Source: an uncultured Chloroflexia bacterium
Lineage (GTDB): Bacteria > Chloroflexota > Limnocylindria > Limnocylindrales > CSP1-4
Reading direction: 5' to 3'
DNA length: 64,000 nt
Assembly (NCBI GenBank): GCA_963749705.1
Contig: CAVVNQ010000007.1
Span: forward strand, 1 to 64,000
Shown: positions 1 through 9,682 of the stretch, piece by piece
Position numbering within the stretch: position 1 is the first letter of the stretch
How the letters are laid out: the number at the start of each line of letters is the position of its first letter
The notes under the pieces: model-generated
Databases searched by the model: none
What the model saw: only the letters and a program-made list of their open reading frames with translations
Told to the model about the DNA's origin: nothing
Position numbers and translations under genes: made by a program

Positions 1-207
1 AAGTCCCTGGTCATGACCTCCTGGCTTGCGGCCACGGGCCCCGGGGTCGTGACCGACACGGTGACCCTCGGCGGCCACGAGTTCACCCGGATCGACTACG
101 GCGACGGCGGGACCATCGACTACCTCCTGGCGCAGGGCGACCACGTCCTGCTGATCGAGACCGCCGACGCCGCGCTGGCCGCGCAGGCCGCGGCCGCGCT
201 GCCCTGA
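1..207 (+). CDS. 3' end of a hypothetical protein, truncated by the window edge
   Basis: Frame 1 is open from the window start to TGA at 205-207 with GC3-rich codons (…KSLVMTSWLAATGPG…LIETADAALAAQAAAALP). Confidence 0.6.
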   Translation, partial: KSLVMTSWLAATGPGVVTDTVTLGGHEFTRIDYGDGGTIDYLLAQGDHVLLIETADAALAAQAAAALP

Positions 208-303
208 GCGACCGCACCGCAATCCACCCCTCCACAACGGACCGCCACGTCGTATGCTCGCGGAAATCGGCGATCGCAGGGCTGTCAGGCGCGAGGAGGG
301 TGC

Positions 304-813
304 GTGCAGGAGTCACTCGTTGCATATGCGGGGGACTGCGTCCTGCGTGGCGAGGTCGAGCTCGGTGACGGGCGCCTCAGCGACGAGGTCAACGACCGCG
401 AGCTGCTGATGTTCCGGACGGCGACGCTCGAGGCGCTGGATGACGGGCACCGGGTCGCCATGGACGAGCTCGAGGTCGAGCGTCGCGACCTCCACGTCAT
501 CGAGGTCGTCGGCCGGCGCGGGGACCCGGGCCGGCGGCTGCGCACGGTCGAGGACCGCGTGGTGCTCGAGGTCGGGCCGTTCATCGTGACCGGCAACCTC
601 CACCGGGCGCCGAACACGCAGCCGCTCGCGGCGCTCTCCCGCTGGGCGAAGTTCGTGCCCGTGACCGATGCCGAGCTGCGGGTCGGGCGCGAGGCGCCCG
701 CGCGTCACCAGGACGTCCTGCTCGTCAACCGCGACCGGATCTCGAAGACGCAGCCGGTGGGGGACTCCTCCGCCAGCCCCGGCGCCCCCTGGGACCAGGC
801 GACGACCAGCTAG
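304..813 (+). CDS. Hypothetical protein with two internally similar halves (DUF6812-like)
   Basis: RBS GAGGAGG precedes the GTG start. Halves 'LRGEV..GRLSDEVN…' and 'VTGNLH…FVPVTDA…LLVNR' look like tandem small beta domains. Confidence 0.6.
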   Translation: MQESLVAYAGDCVLRGEVELGDGRLSDEVNDRELLMFRTATLEALDDGHRVAMDELEVERRDLHVIEVVGRRGDPGRRLRTVEDRVVLEVGPFIVTGNLHRAPNTQPLAALSRWAKFVPVTDAELRVGREAPARHQDVLLVNRDRISKTQPVGDSSASPGAPWDQATTS

Positions 814-914
814 GCGCCGCGGCCCACCGTCCGGCACCGCCGGGCCCGGCCCCGCCCGATGTCACGCTGGCGTCACCGTTGCCGGGCAGGCTCCGCCGGG
901 TGATGATGACGTTC

Positions 915-1645
915 ATGGCAGCCCCCGCGCTCGACACTGCGCCGATCCTCGTGGTCGACGACGATCCCAAGATCGTCAGCCTGGTCCGCACCTATCTCGA
1001 GCGTGAGCGCTACGCCGTGGTCACTGCCATGGACGGACGCTCCGCGCTGCGCGCGATCGAGGACTCGACGCCCCGGCTGGTCGTCCTGGACCTCATGATC
1101 CCCGAGATCGACGGCCTCACGGTCATCCGGCGCGCGCGCGAGCTGGGCGACGTCCCGATCCTCGTGCTGTCTGCGCGGGGAGCGGTGGGGGACCGGATCC
1201 TGGGCCTCAGCGAGGGCGCCGACGACTACCTGGCCAAGCCATTCTCGCCGGCCGAGCTGGTGGTGCGCGTGCGGACGATCCTGCGCCGGACGGAACGGTC
1301 CGGGCCCGGCGGCCCTCCGGCATCCTCGTCCTGGGCGACCTCGAGCTCGATCCTGACCGGCACCAGGCCACCGTCGGCGGTGCCGGCGTCACCCTCAGCG
1401 CGCTCGAGCTGCGCCTGCTGGGTGCGCTGCTCGATGCCGACGGCCGGGTGCTCAGCCGCGACCAGCTGCTCGACGCGATCCATGGCACCGGCGAGGGCGA
1501 CGTCACGGACCGGGCGATCGACCAGTACGTCAAGCGGCTGCGCGAGAAGCTCGGCGATGATCCCGCCGCGCCCCGGTACGTGGCCACCGTCCGCGGCGTC
1601 GGCTACCGGGCGGCCGGGCCCGTCGAGCACAGGGCGACCGGGTGA
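915..1645 (+). CDS. OmpR/PhoB-family response regulator, with an apparent -1 frameshift at ~1290-1320
   Basis: Receiver domain (ILVVDDD, LDLMIP, GADDYLAKPF) lies in one frame. The winged-helix domain (GDLELD…LSRDQLL…RAIDQYVKRLREKLGDDPAAPRYVATVRGVGY) continues in another frame to 1645. Confidence 0.85.
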
Positions 1646-2706
1646 GCGGGCCGCGCGACGGGCTCTCGGCCCGCATCCTGCTCGCGTCGCTCGCGGTGGC
1701 GGCCGTGTCGCTGGGGATCGTCGCCGTGGGCGTGCTGCGCGTCGGGGGCGACTCGTTCGAGGCGCTGATGATGGCCGCGGGCGCCAGCGCCGAGCACGCC
1801 CACGAGATGTTCGACTCGAGCGTCACGGTCGTGTTCGGGATCGCGGCCGCGGTGGCCGCGGTGGTCGCGGTTGTGCTGGCGACGGTCCTGTCGCGTCGCC
1901 TGGCCCGGCCGATCGAGCGGCTCGCGAAGGCCGCCGCCCGGATCGCCGACGGCGACCTGTCGGCCCGCGTGCCGGAGGAGGGCCCGGTGGAGCTGCGCGC
2001 GCTGGCGGCGTCGTACAACACGATGGCCGCCCGGCTGTCCGAGCAGGAGGCGATCCGGCGCGAGTTCATCGTCAACGCGTCGCACGAGCTGCGCACGCCG
2101 CTGACCAACCTCCAGGGCTACCTCGAGGCGCTCCGCGACGGCGTGCTGCCGCCCGATCCCGCGATGTTCGACTCGCTGCGCGAGGAGGTCGACCGGCTGA
2201 CCCGCCTTGCCGCCTCGCTCGACGTCCTGGCCGGCGCGGACGGCGAGCCCGGGATCGCCCGCGACCTGGACGTGGCGCCGATCGTGAGGAACGCCGCGGA
2301 TCTCGTCGCGCCGGTGCTCGCCCGCCGCTCGATCTCGCTCGCCGTGGACGTGCCGCCGGGGCTCCAGGCCCACGTTCGCCCCGACGAGCTCACGCAGGTC
2401 CTGGCGAACCTGCTCCAGAACGCGGTCCGCTACACGCCCGAGGGCGGCGAGGTCCGGGTGACCGCCGGCCGCGTGCCGGACGGCGTGGACATCCGGGTCG
2501 CCAACACGGGACCCGGCATCCCGGCGACGGATCTGCCGCGCGTCTGGGAGCGCTTCTACCGGGTGGAGAAGTCCCGCGACCGAGCGCGCGGCGGGGCCGG
2601 CATCGGCCTCACGATCGTGCGCCAGCTGGTCGAGGCCGCGGGCGGCCGGGTGGGCGTCACCAGCGAGCGCGGCTGGACGACGTTCTGGGTGCGCCTGCCC
2701 GCCTGA
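1642..2706 (+). CDS. HAMP-domain sensor histidine kinase (BaeS-like)
   Basis: Two TM segments, HAMP domain, H-box ASHELRTPL, N-box NLLQNAVRY, G-boxes NTGPGI and GAGIGL. GTGA overlap with the regulator. Confidence 0.92.
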   Translation: MSGPRDGLSARILLASLAVAAVSLGIVAVGVLRVGGDSFEALMMAAGASAEHAHEMFDSSVTVVFGIAAAVAAVVAVVLATVLSRRLARPIERLAKAAARIADGDLSARVPEEGPVELRALAASYNTMAARLSEQEAIRREFIVNASHELRTPLTNLQGYLEALRDGVLPPDPAMFDSLREEVDRLTRLAASLDVLAGADGEPGIARDLDVAPIVRNAADLVAPVLARRSISLAVDVPPGLQAHVRPDELTQVLANLLQNAVRYTPEGGEVRVTAGRVPDGVDIRVANTGPGIPATDLPRVWERFYRVEKSRDRARGGAGIGLTIVRQLVEAAGGRVGVTSERGWTTFWVRLPA

Positions 2707-2785
2707 GCTCTCGGCCCTGAAGGAGCTCTCTGCGCAGCTCAAGCGCGCGATGAGGTGGCGTAGTCCATGTGCTACATTGCGGCTC

Positions 2786-3064
2786 ATGGATCGCATCGCC
2801 GTTCGGGAGCTGCGGAATCAGGCCAGCAAGGTGGTGCGTCGGGCTCGCTCGGGTGAGCGGCTGATCATCACCGTCGACGGCGTGCCCGCAGCCGAGATCG
2901 GGCCGGTCAGCACCGCCGGGCGGGCAACCAGCATCGAGGAGCTCATCGCAGCCGGCACGGTCCTCGCGCCGCGAACTCGCAGCGTTCCGCCACGTCCGGA
3001 GCCCCGGCATGCTCCGTCGGACCGTTCGAGCTCGGACGTCCTGGGGCGGCTGCGCGAGCGCTGA
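2786..3064 (+). CDS. Phd/YefM-family antitoxin
   Basis: MDRIAVRELRNQASKVVRRARSGERLIITVDGVPAAEIGP is a typical Phd N-terminus. TGATG coupling to the toxin. Confidence 0.88.
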   Translation: MDRIAVRELRNQASKVVRRARSGERLIITVDGVPAAEIGPVSTAGRATSIEELIAAGTVLAPRTRSVPPRPEPRHAPSDRSSSDVLGRLRER

Positions 3065-3465
3065 TGCTGTTCCTCGACACCTCGGCGCTGATCAAGCGCT
3101 ACGTCGTGGAGGAGGGAACCGATCAGGTCGTCCGGCGCATGGACGAGGATGCGGAGTGGGCCGTGTCGTCGGTCGCCCGGACCGAAGCCGAGATCATGCT
3201 CTGCCGGCTCGGCTTCGCAGCCGACGAGCTCGACGCTCTACGGCAGCGCCTGCGCGACGACTGGGAGCGTTGCCACGTGGTGCCGGTCGATCCTGCCTGT
3301 CTGGATCGGGCGGCCGAGCTCGGCTGCCGGCACGATGTCCGAACGCTCGACGCGCTGCATCTGGCTGCCGCCGACCGACTGCCGCGTCCGATCGTGATGC
3401 TGACCTTCGATCGGCGCCAGGCGGACGCCGCGCGTGCGATGGGCCTCGACGTCGAGGGCGTATGA
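3064..3465 (+). CDS. vapC: VapC-family PIN-domain toxin
   Basis: FLDTSALIKRY…E…RTLDALHLAAA…TFDRRQ PIN motifs. Confidence 0.92.
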   Translation: MLFLDTSALIKRYVVEEGTDQVVRRMDEDAEWAVSSVARTEAEIMLCRLGFAADELDALRQRLRDDWERCHVVPVDPACLDRAAELGCRHDVRTLDALHLAAADRLPRPIVMLTFDRRQADAARAMGLDVEGV

Positions 3466-3501
3466 GCGGGGCTCGGGCTGCGGGTGCGGCCTGAACCCGC
3501 C

Positions 3502-4398
3502 TCAGCGACCCTTCGCGTATCCCGTGGCGGTGAGCTTGTCCCACAGCGAGCCGGCGTTCTGGTTCTGGATGTGATCCATCATGTACGCCTGCCCGACGTC
3601 GACCGGACCGAACTCGTCGTCGAACCGGACCCGGGCGATCGTCTCGTCGCGTGACCAGCCCTTGCCCACCGCATCGGCGACCGCGGCCTTCCAGCGCAGC
3701 AGCACCGCGCGCTGGGTGTTCACGTAGTCGAGGGTGACGACCGGGCCGTGCCCGGGCACCACGTGATCGACGTCCAGCTGGCGGATCCGCTCGAGCGCCT
3801 CCAGCCACTGGTCGACGTCCGAGGTCATGAGCCACGTCTGGCAGCCGGAGAAGATGGTGTCGCCCGTGAACACGACCCGCTCCTCGGGCACGTGGACGGC
3901 GAGCTGTCCGGGCGTATGCCCCGGGGTCCACAGGCAGTGGAACGTGTGGTCGCCCACCTTGAGCATGAGGTCGCCGGTGAACACGACAGTGCCCCGCGGC
4001 AGGTCGGCGTAGTAGGCGTCCCGGTCCGGGATGAGCGGGGCAGCCTCCGGGTCATCGGTCGGGATCGCCTCGAGGGCGTAGGCGAACGGGTCCAGCGCCG
4101 CCGTCGAGTCCATGAAGATGTCGTACAGCGCCTGGTGGTTGACGACCTTGCCCGCGCCGCGGAACCAGTGGTTGCCGAAGATGTGGTCGACGTGGTTCTC
4201 GGTGTTGATCAGGTAGCGGATCGGGCCGTGCGTCTCCGCCTCCTCACGCATCGCCACCGCCCGCGTCGGGAGCTGCGGCGTGTCGATCACGACGACGCCG
4301 TCCGAGGTCACGACGAAGCTCGGGTTGCAGCCACGCAGCTTCGTCGTCGTGTACACGTTGGGCGTGACTCGCTCCATCATCGAGGCGAGCGCTTCCAT
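3502..4398 (-). CDS. Metallo-beta-lactamase-fold hydrolase (cyclase-like subfamily)
   Basis: INTENHVDH (variant of HxHxDH), PGHT, FTGD and VPGHG motifs. Confidence 0.88.
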   Translation of the reverse strand: MEALASMMERVTPNVYTTTKLRGCNPSFVVTSDGVVVIDTPQLPTRAVAMREEAETHGPIRYLINTENHVDHIFGNHWFRGAGKVVNHQALYDIFMDSTAALDPFAYALEAIPTDDPEAAPLIPDRDAYYADLPRGTVVFTGDLMLKVGDHTFHCLWTPGHTPGQLAVHVPEERVVFTGDTIFSGCQTWLMTSDVDQWLEALERIRQLDVDHVVPGHGPVVTLDYVNTQRAVLLRWKAAVADAVGKGWSRDETIARVRFDDEFGPVDVGQAYMMDHIQNQNAGSLWDKLTATGYAKGR

Positions 4399-4420
4399 AT
4401 GGCGAGGTCCTCCGGTCGGG

Positions 4421-5206
4421 CTACTGGGTCGCGGTCAGGCCGCCGTCGATCGCCAGCACGTGGCCGGTCACGAACGAGGCGGCGTCAGAGCACAGGAAGA
4501 TGGCGGGCCCCGCGATGTCCCGGGTCTCGCCCACGCGGCCGAGCGGGATCCGGCTGACGATCCCGGCCTTGAACGCGGGATCGGCGAGGAGCGAGGCCAC
4601 CTGGGGCGTGTCGACGAACGTGGGCATGATCGCGTTGACGCGGATCCCGTACCTCGCCCACTCGGTCGCCCACTGGCGGGTGAGCGAGCTGATCGCACCC
4701 TTGGCGGCGACGTAGGCCGAGTACCCGGCGTTGATGCCGAGGTTGGCCCGGACCGACGAGATGTTGAGGACGCTGCCGCCCTCGCCCGCCCGGATCATGG
4801 CCCGCACGGCTGCCTGGGTGGCGACCAGGGTGCTCCGGACGTTGAGCTCCATGATCCAGTCCCAATCCTCGCGCGGGTAGTCCTCCGCCGGGTGGAGGAC
4901 GTTGCCGGCGCCGCCGCCGATGGCGTTGACGATGATGTCGATCCGGCCGAACCGCTCGATGGTGGCGGCGACCATCCGATCGCAGTCCGCCTCGCTGGTC
5001 GCATCGGCGACGATCGCCAGGCCCTCCGAACCGGCTGCGGCGACGCGGGCCACGGCAGCGTCGAGGGCCTCGGGCGTCCGACCTGCGACGGCGACCCGCG
5101 CACCGGCGACGGCGAACGACTCCGCCAGCGCCGCGCCGATCCCGCCGCTCCCGCCGGGGATCAGGGCGACGCGGCCGGCCAGGCTGAACATGCTCAGATC
5201 GCCCAT
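4421..5206 (-). CDS. Short-chain dehydrogenase/reductase (gluconate 5-dehydrogenase/FabG-like)
   Basis: PGGSGGIG, NISS, YVAAK, IRVNAIMP, SFVTGHVLAIDGG. Confidence 0.92.
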   Translation of the reverse strand: MGDLSMFSLAGRVALIPGGSGGIGAALAESFAVAGARVAVAGRTPEALDAAVARVAAAGSEGLAIVADATSEADCDRMVAATIERFGRIDIIVNAIGGGAGNVLHPAEDYPREDWDWIMELNVRSTLVATQAAVRAMIRAGEGGSVLNISSVRANLGINAGYSAYVAAKGAISSLTRQWATEWARYGIRVNAIMPTFVDTPQVASLLADPAFKAGIVSRIPLGRVGETRDIAGPAIFLCSDAASFVTGHVLAIDGGLTATQ

Positions 5207-5244
5207 CGTCCACCTTCTCCCATCTCGATGACGATGCTAGTATC

Positions 5245-5257
5245 ATCGACAATCGAT
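5245..5257. promoter_or_regulatory. Candidate operator palindrome ATCGA-CAA-TCGAT in the divergent promoter region
   Basis: Palindrome inside an AT-rich patch between divergent operons. The cluster encodes a GntR/FCD regulator. Confidence 0.45.
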
Positions 5258-5333
5258 TATCTGCCAAACGCGCGCTCGGGCGGGACGATACGTCGGAGCG
5301 ACGCTGACGATCGATCGGAAGGAGGTCCGGGCC

Positions 5334-7163
5334 GTGGCGGTGGCAGAGGAGATCCTGGGGCAGTTCCTCGGCGACGCGTCGTTCCCCGTGACCTGGGACT
5401 CCGATGTCGAGCGGGAGTTCTTCTGGGTCTACGACGACCTGCACTGCCCGCACCCGGTCAGCCCGATGTTCTTCGACATCGGTGGCTGGTGGCTCAGCTG
5501 CGACCACATGTTCCGGCGGTTCGGCACCCCGTTCGCGGTGGACTGGCTGGCCAAGAACGTCAACGGCTACGTCTACACGACCGCGATCCCGGCGGACCCG
5601 GACCTGCGGATCGACGCGACCGAGTACTCCGCGCGGTACGGCGCCCGGGTGCCGCGCGACGCAGCCTACGCGACGACCATGGGCAAGTACCTGGACACGG
5701 TCCTGCCCGTGTACGGCGAGCACTTCGCGGAGTGGTGGCGGGACCGGCTGCGCCCCGAGATGGAACGCAACTTCACGTACCTGGAGGGCCGCCTGGACGA
5801 GGCGGACCGGATGAGCCTGGCCGAGGTCGCGTGCCTGCTCGAGGACGCGATCGACATCCACGATCGCCATTGGAAGATCCACTGGATGCTCAACTTCGCG
5901 CAGCTGTCGGCGACGCTCAACCTGCGGGCGGTCATGGAGAAGACGCGTGGGAGCGTGGACGAGCAGCTGCTCGGTCGGCTCCAGAACTCGGCCTCGGACC
6001 GCAACTGGGACTCGATCGAGACCCTGTGGAAGATGAAGAACGAGGTCCGCGACGACCCCGAGCTGCGGGCCGCCTTCGCCGGCACCGCGCCGCGCGAGAT
6101 CGGCGCCGCGCTCCGGGCCACCGAGCGCGGCCGCCGGTTCATCGCCCAGCGCGTCGAGCCCTACCAGCGCGAGTTCGGCTGGCACGCGGTGTGGAGCCAC
6201 GAGTTCATCTTCCCCACCGCCCGCGAGGAGATGGAGCCGGTGCTCGAGCTCGTGCGCGGGTACCTCGACACCGACTATGACTACCCCGCCGCGATCGACG
6301 CCATGCGCCGGGACATCGAGGCGGCGTCGGCGGAGATCCTCGAGGGGCTGACCGGCGACGCGCTCGAGGAGATGCGCGCCGCCAACGCCGTCAACCTGCG
6401 GATGGCGCCGCTCACCCCGGACCATCACTTCTACATCGACCAGGGCGCCAACGCCCACGTCCGGCTCGTGCTCATCGCGATCGGCCGCAAGCTGGTCGAG
6501 GCGGGCCGTCTCGACCAGCCCGACGACGTCATGTTCCTGCGCTACAACGAGCTGCGGGCGCTGATCGGCGACGCGGCGGCGATCGAGGCACGCGCGATCG
6601 TGGCGACGCGACGCGCGGAGCGGACGGCATCGGAGGCGCTGCGCCCGCGCGACTGGATCGGCACGGCCACGCCGTCGCAGCTCGCGTTCCCGTACCTCGT
6701 CAACTGGGGATACCCGGACCGGTTCCACCAGCAGCAGTCCGCCGACGTGCGCAGCATCACGGGGCTGGGTGCATCGCCCGGGATCCTCGAGGGGATCGCC
6801 CGGGTCGTGCGCACCGTCGACGAGTTCGACGAGGTGCGCGACGGCGACATCCTGGTGTGCCAGATGACCAACCCCGCCTGGGTCGTCCTGTTCACCAAGA
6901 TCGCGGGCCTGGTCACCGACACCGGCGGCACGACCTCGCATCCCGCGGTCCTCGCCCGCGAGTTCGGGATCCCGGCCGTCATCGGCACGTCCGTGGCCAC
7001 GCACCGGATCACGACCGGCGACCGGATCCGGATCGATGGCACCGCCGGGACCGTGGACATCCTGGCCACGGCTGCGGGCGCCGCGCCGGGCACCACCCCG
7101 GACACGTCGCCGGGCCCGACGCCAGATGCCGGGCCGTCAGCCCGCAACCCGGTCGGAACGTGA
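5334..7163 (+). CDS. PEP-utilising-enzyme family protein (substrate-binding helical region plus phospho-His swivel domain, no ATP-grasp); phenylphosphate synthase alpha/rifampin phosphotransferase-like
   Basis: RBS GGAAGGAGG. C-terminal GLGASPG…DGDILVC..TNPAW…GGTTSHPAVLAREFGIPAVIG. HHFYID motif in the central region. Confidence 0.85.
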   Translation: MAVAEEILGQFLGDASFPVTWDSDVEREFFWVYDDLHCPHPVSPMFFDIGGWWLSCDHMFRRFGTPFAVDWLAKNVNGYVYTTAIPADPDLRIDATEYSARYGARVPRDAAYATTMGKYLDTVLPVYGEHFAEWWRDRLRPEMERNFTYLEGRLDEADRMSLAEVACLLEDAIDIHDRHWKIHWMLNFAQLSATLNLRAVMEKTRGSVDEQLLGRLQNSASDRNWDSIETLWKMKNEVRDDPELRAAFAGTAPREIGAALRATERGRRFIAQRVEPYQREFGWHAVWSHEFIFPTAREEMEPVLELVRGYLDTDYDYPAAIDAMRRDIEAASAEILEGLTGDALEEMRAANAVNLRMAPLTPDHHFYIDQGANAHVRLVLIAIGRKLVEAGRLDQPDDVMFLRYNELRALIGDAAAIEARAIVATRRAERTASEALRPRDWIGTATPSQLAFPYLVNWGYPDRFHQQQSADVRSITGLGASPGILEGIARVVRTVDEFDEVRDGDILVCQMTNPAWVVLFTKIAGLVTDTGGTTSHPAVLAREFGIPAVIGTSVATHRITTGDRIRIDGTAGTVDILATAAGAAPGTTPDTSPGPTPDAGPSARNPVGT

Positions 7164-7173
7164 CGGCGGCCGC

Positions 7174-7920
7174 GTGACGACCGACCACCTGCCGTCCCGC
7201 AGCGTCCTGGCGGACCAGGTCCGCGACCACCTGCTCGAGGGGATCCTCAGCGGCCGCTACCCGCCGCACTCGAGGATCGTCGAGACCCAGGTCGCGCGCC
7301 AGCTGGGCACCAGCCAGGCGCCGGTCCGCGAGGCGCTGCGCGGGCTCGAGGCGCTGGGCGTCGTCGTCATCTCGCCGTTCCGCGGCGCCCGGGTACGACG
7401 CCCGACCCGGCGCGAGATCCTGGAGGCCTACGCGGTCCGGTCCGCGCTCGAGGTGCTCGCGGCGAGGCTGGCGGTCGCGCGGATGGACGACGCAGATCTC
7501 GCCGAGCTCGCCGGCTATGGCGAGGCGATGAACAGGGCCGCGGCGACGGGTGACGGTCGCGCGGTGGCCGACGCTGACGCGAGGCTCCATGGGCGGATCG
7601 TGGAGCTCGCCGACAACCCGACCCTGGCCAAGGTGTGGCGCTCGCTGGAGCCGGTGTCGCGGACGTACATCAGCCTGACCGCCCAGGGCGCGGATCCCGC
7701 CTGGTCCGCGCACCTCCACGGCCCGATCCTCGACGCGCTCCGGCGGCGTGACGTTGAGGGCGTGGCCGCGGCGATCGAGCGTCACTTCACGGACGCGAGC
7801 GCCAACATGGCGCAGCGCTGGCCGGACACCGGCCTGCCCGGCGAGACCGGGGACATGACCGAACCGGCGGCAGCCGAAGCCCGACCGGACCAGCCGACCA
7901 CTTCAGCAGGGACACCATGA
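7174..7920 (+). CDS. GntR-family regulator with FCD domain
   Basis: LADQVRDHLLEGILSGRYPP…LGTSQAPVREALRGLE HTH and FCD helices (DARLHGRIVELADN). Confidence 0.9.
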   Translation: MTTDHLPSRSVLADQVRDHLLEGILSGRYPPHSRIVETQVARQLGTSQAPVREALRGLEALGVVVISPFRGARVRRPTRREILEAYAVRSALEVLAARLAVARMDDADLAELAGYGEAMNRAAATGDGRAVADADARLHGRIVELADNPTLAKVWRSLEPVSRTYISLTAQGADPAWSAHLHGPILDALRRRDVEGVAAAIERHFTDASANMAQRWPDTGLPGETGDMTEPAAAEARPDQPTTSAGTP

Positions 7921-8804
7921 TCACCACCGTCCAGCGCTCCGAGGAGATGACGGCCGGCGCCGCCAGGCTCCGCATCGACGTCATCGGACCACACCCCCGC
8001 GAGCATGTCCTCGAGGACATGAGCTTCATGAACTACCGGCTCGCCGACGTGCGCGTCGAGCCCGAGGTCACGCTCGCCGAGCCCGACATCCTGTGGTACC
8101 AGGAAGGCGATCGCGACATCGGCTACGACGGGCGCCGGATGACGTTCCGGGGCGACTGGCCGGCGGGGCCCATCCAGAAGGTCATCGTGTCCATGCTCGC
8201 GCTCCGGATGGAGGCCATCGGGCTGCACCCGTTCCACTCGTCGGCGGTCCGCTACCGGGACCGCACGATCCTGTTCCTGGGCGGCGAATCGAACCACGGC
8301 AAGTCGATGGGCCAGATCGAGGCGTGCCGCCGGGGCGGGATGCTGATCTCGACCGAGACCACCGTCATCGACGAGGACGCGCGGGCGGTCATGGGCTCCA
8401 AGTCGGTGTTCCTCAAGCGTCGGACCGAGGGCACCGAGCGCGCCGACAAGGCGGCGCCCGAGGCGGGCGTCCAGAAGTTCTTCGGCGACATGCCGGCGTG
8501 GGAGACGTGGCTCGAGCCGAGCGAGGTGGACGTGGTGATCGTGCCCGCGATCGACGGCAACTTCGAGCCGTCGCTGGCCGAGATGATCCCGTTCGAGCGC
8601 CAGTTCCAGACCCTCCACTCGGTCCAGAGCTACTTCCTGCTCAACGAGCTGCTCGCGCCCGGCTTCCCGATGCCGATGGTCGACACGGAGCCGCTGCGCC
8701 GCGCGCGGGCGGCGTTCGTCCAGCGCTTCGCGGATCGCCCCTACTACTTCGTCCGTGCCGCGACCCCGCAGGTGCTGCTGGACGAGATGGACCGGGTGGT
8801 ATAA
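7917..8804 (+). CDS. Hypothetical protein with an HPr-kinase-like P-loop
   Basis: HPFHSSAV…ILFLGGESNHGKS resembles the HASAV…GxSGxGKS motif of HprK-related kinases. ATGA coupled to GntR. Confidence 0.6.
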   Translation: MITTVQRSEEMTAGAARLRIDVIGPHPREHVLEDMSFMNYRLADVRVEPEVTLAEPDILWYQEGDRDIGYDGRRMTFRGDWPAGPIQKVIVSMLALRMEAIGLHPFHSSAVRYRDRTILFLGGESNHGKSMGQIEACRRGGMLISTETTVIDEDARAVMGSKSVFLKRRTEGTERADKAAPEAGVQKFFGDMPAWETWLEPSEVDVVIVPAIDGNFEPSLAEMIPFERQFQTLHSVQSYFLLNELLAPGFPMPMVDTEPLRRARAAFVQRFADRPYYFVRAATPQVLLDEMDRVV

Positions 8805-8812
8805 GCCGGACC

Positions 8813-9682
8813 ATGCGCCCGTTCTCGTACCAGCGTCCTGCCACCATCGCCGAGGCCGTCGAGCTGCTCGCGTCGAACGGCGAGGAGGCCCGGGCGCTGG
8901 CCGGCGGGACGGACCTGATCATCCGCCTGCGCGACGGGTCGGTCCGGGCGTCGATGGTCGTCGACGTCAAGGGGATCCAGGAGCTCGAGTCGGGGATCCG
9001 CGAGGACGGGGACCGGCTGGTCATCGGCGCACGCACCGTGATGACCGACATCGCCGCGGACGCGCGCGTGCGGCGTGACTTCGCCGCCCTGGCCGAGGCG
9101 GCGGCGGTCGTCGGGTCGGCGCAGATCCGCAACCGGGCCACGCTCGCGGGCAACATCTGCAACGCCTCGCCGGCGGCGGACACCGTGCCCTCGCTGCTGG
9201 TCTACGACGCGACGATCGTCGCCGTGGGCCCGTCCGGCACCCGGCGGCTGGGCATCGACGAGGTGCTGGTGGGACCCGGTCGCACGGCGCTGGGACCGGG
9301 CGAGCTGCTGACGGCGATCGAGCTTCCGCTGCCCGTCGAGCCGCGCGGCAGCGTCCACGTCCGGCGCACCCGGCGCCGTGGGCACGACCTCGCGTCGGTC
9401 ACGCTGACCTGCGCGGTCCTCGATGGCGGCCGCACCCGGATCGCGTACGGCAGCCTCGGCCCACGGCCGCTGCTGGTGACCGACGACACAGGGGCGCTGT
9501 CCGACGCGCGGACCTCGCCGGAGGCGAAGCGCCGCATGCTCGATTCGCTGTTCGCCGATGCCAGCCCGTCGTTGCGGTCGATGCGCGCCAGCCCCGAGTA
9601 CCGGCTGGAGATGCTCCGGGTGCTGGCGCTGCGGGCGGTCGACGTCGCCTCCGCGCGGCTGGCCGGAGGCGCGCGGCCATGA
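8813..9682 (+). CDS. Xanthine dehydrogenase family FAD subunit (CoxM/CutM-like)
   Basis: MRPFSYQRP, LAGGTDL, QIRNRATLAGNICNASPAAD, RASPEYR. Confidence 0.92.
   Translation: MRPFSYQRPATIAEAVELLASNGEEARALAGGTDLIIRLRDGSVRASMVVDVKGIQELESGIREDGDRLVIGARTVMTDIAADARVRRDFAALAEAAAVVGSAQIRNRATLAGNICNASPAADTVPSLLVYDATIVAVGPSGTRRLGIDEVLVGPGRTALGPGELLTAIELPLPVEPRGSVHVRRTRRRGHDLASVTLTCAVLDGGRTRIAYGSLGPRPLLVTDDTGALSDARTSPEAKRRMLDSLFADASPSLRSMRASPEYRLEMLRVLALRAVDVASARLAGGARP

Noticed and set aside
879-2720. 613-aa ORF looking like a long response regulator
   Set aside because: Only the first ~140 aa are real. The rest is off-frame read-through over the wHTH domain and kinase gene caused by the frameshift.
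5334-7163. Rifampin phosphotransferase (rph) or PEP synthase
   Set aside because: It has no N-terminal ATP-grasp domain and no pyruvate barrel, and the context is catabolic.
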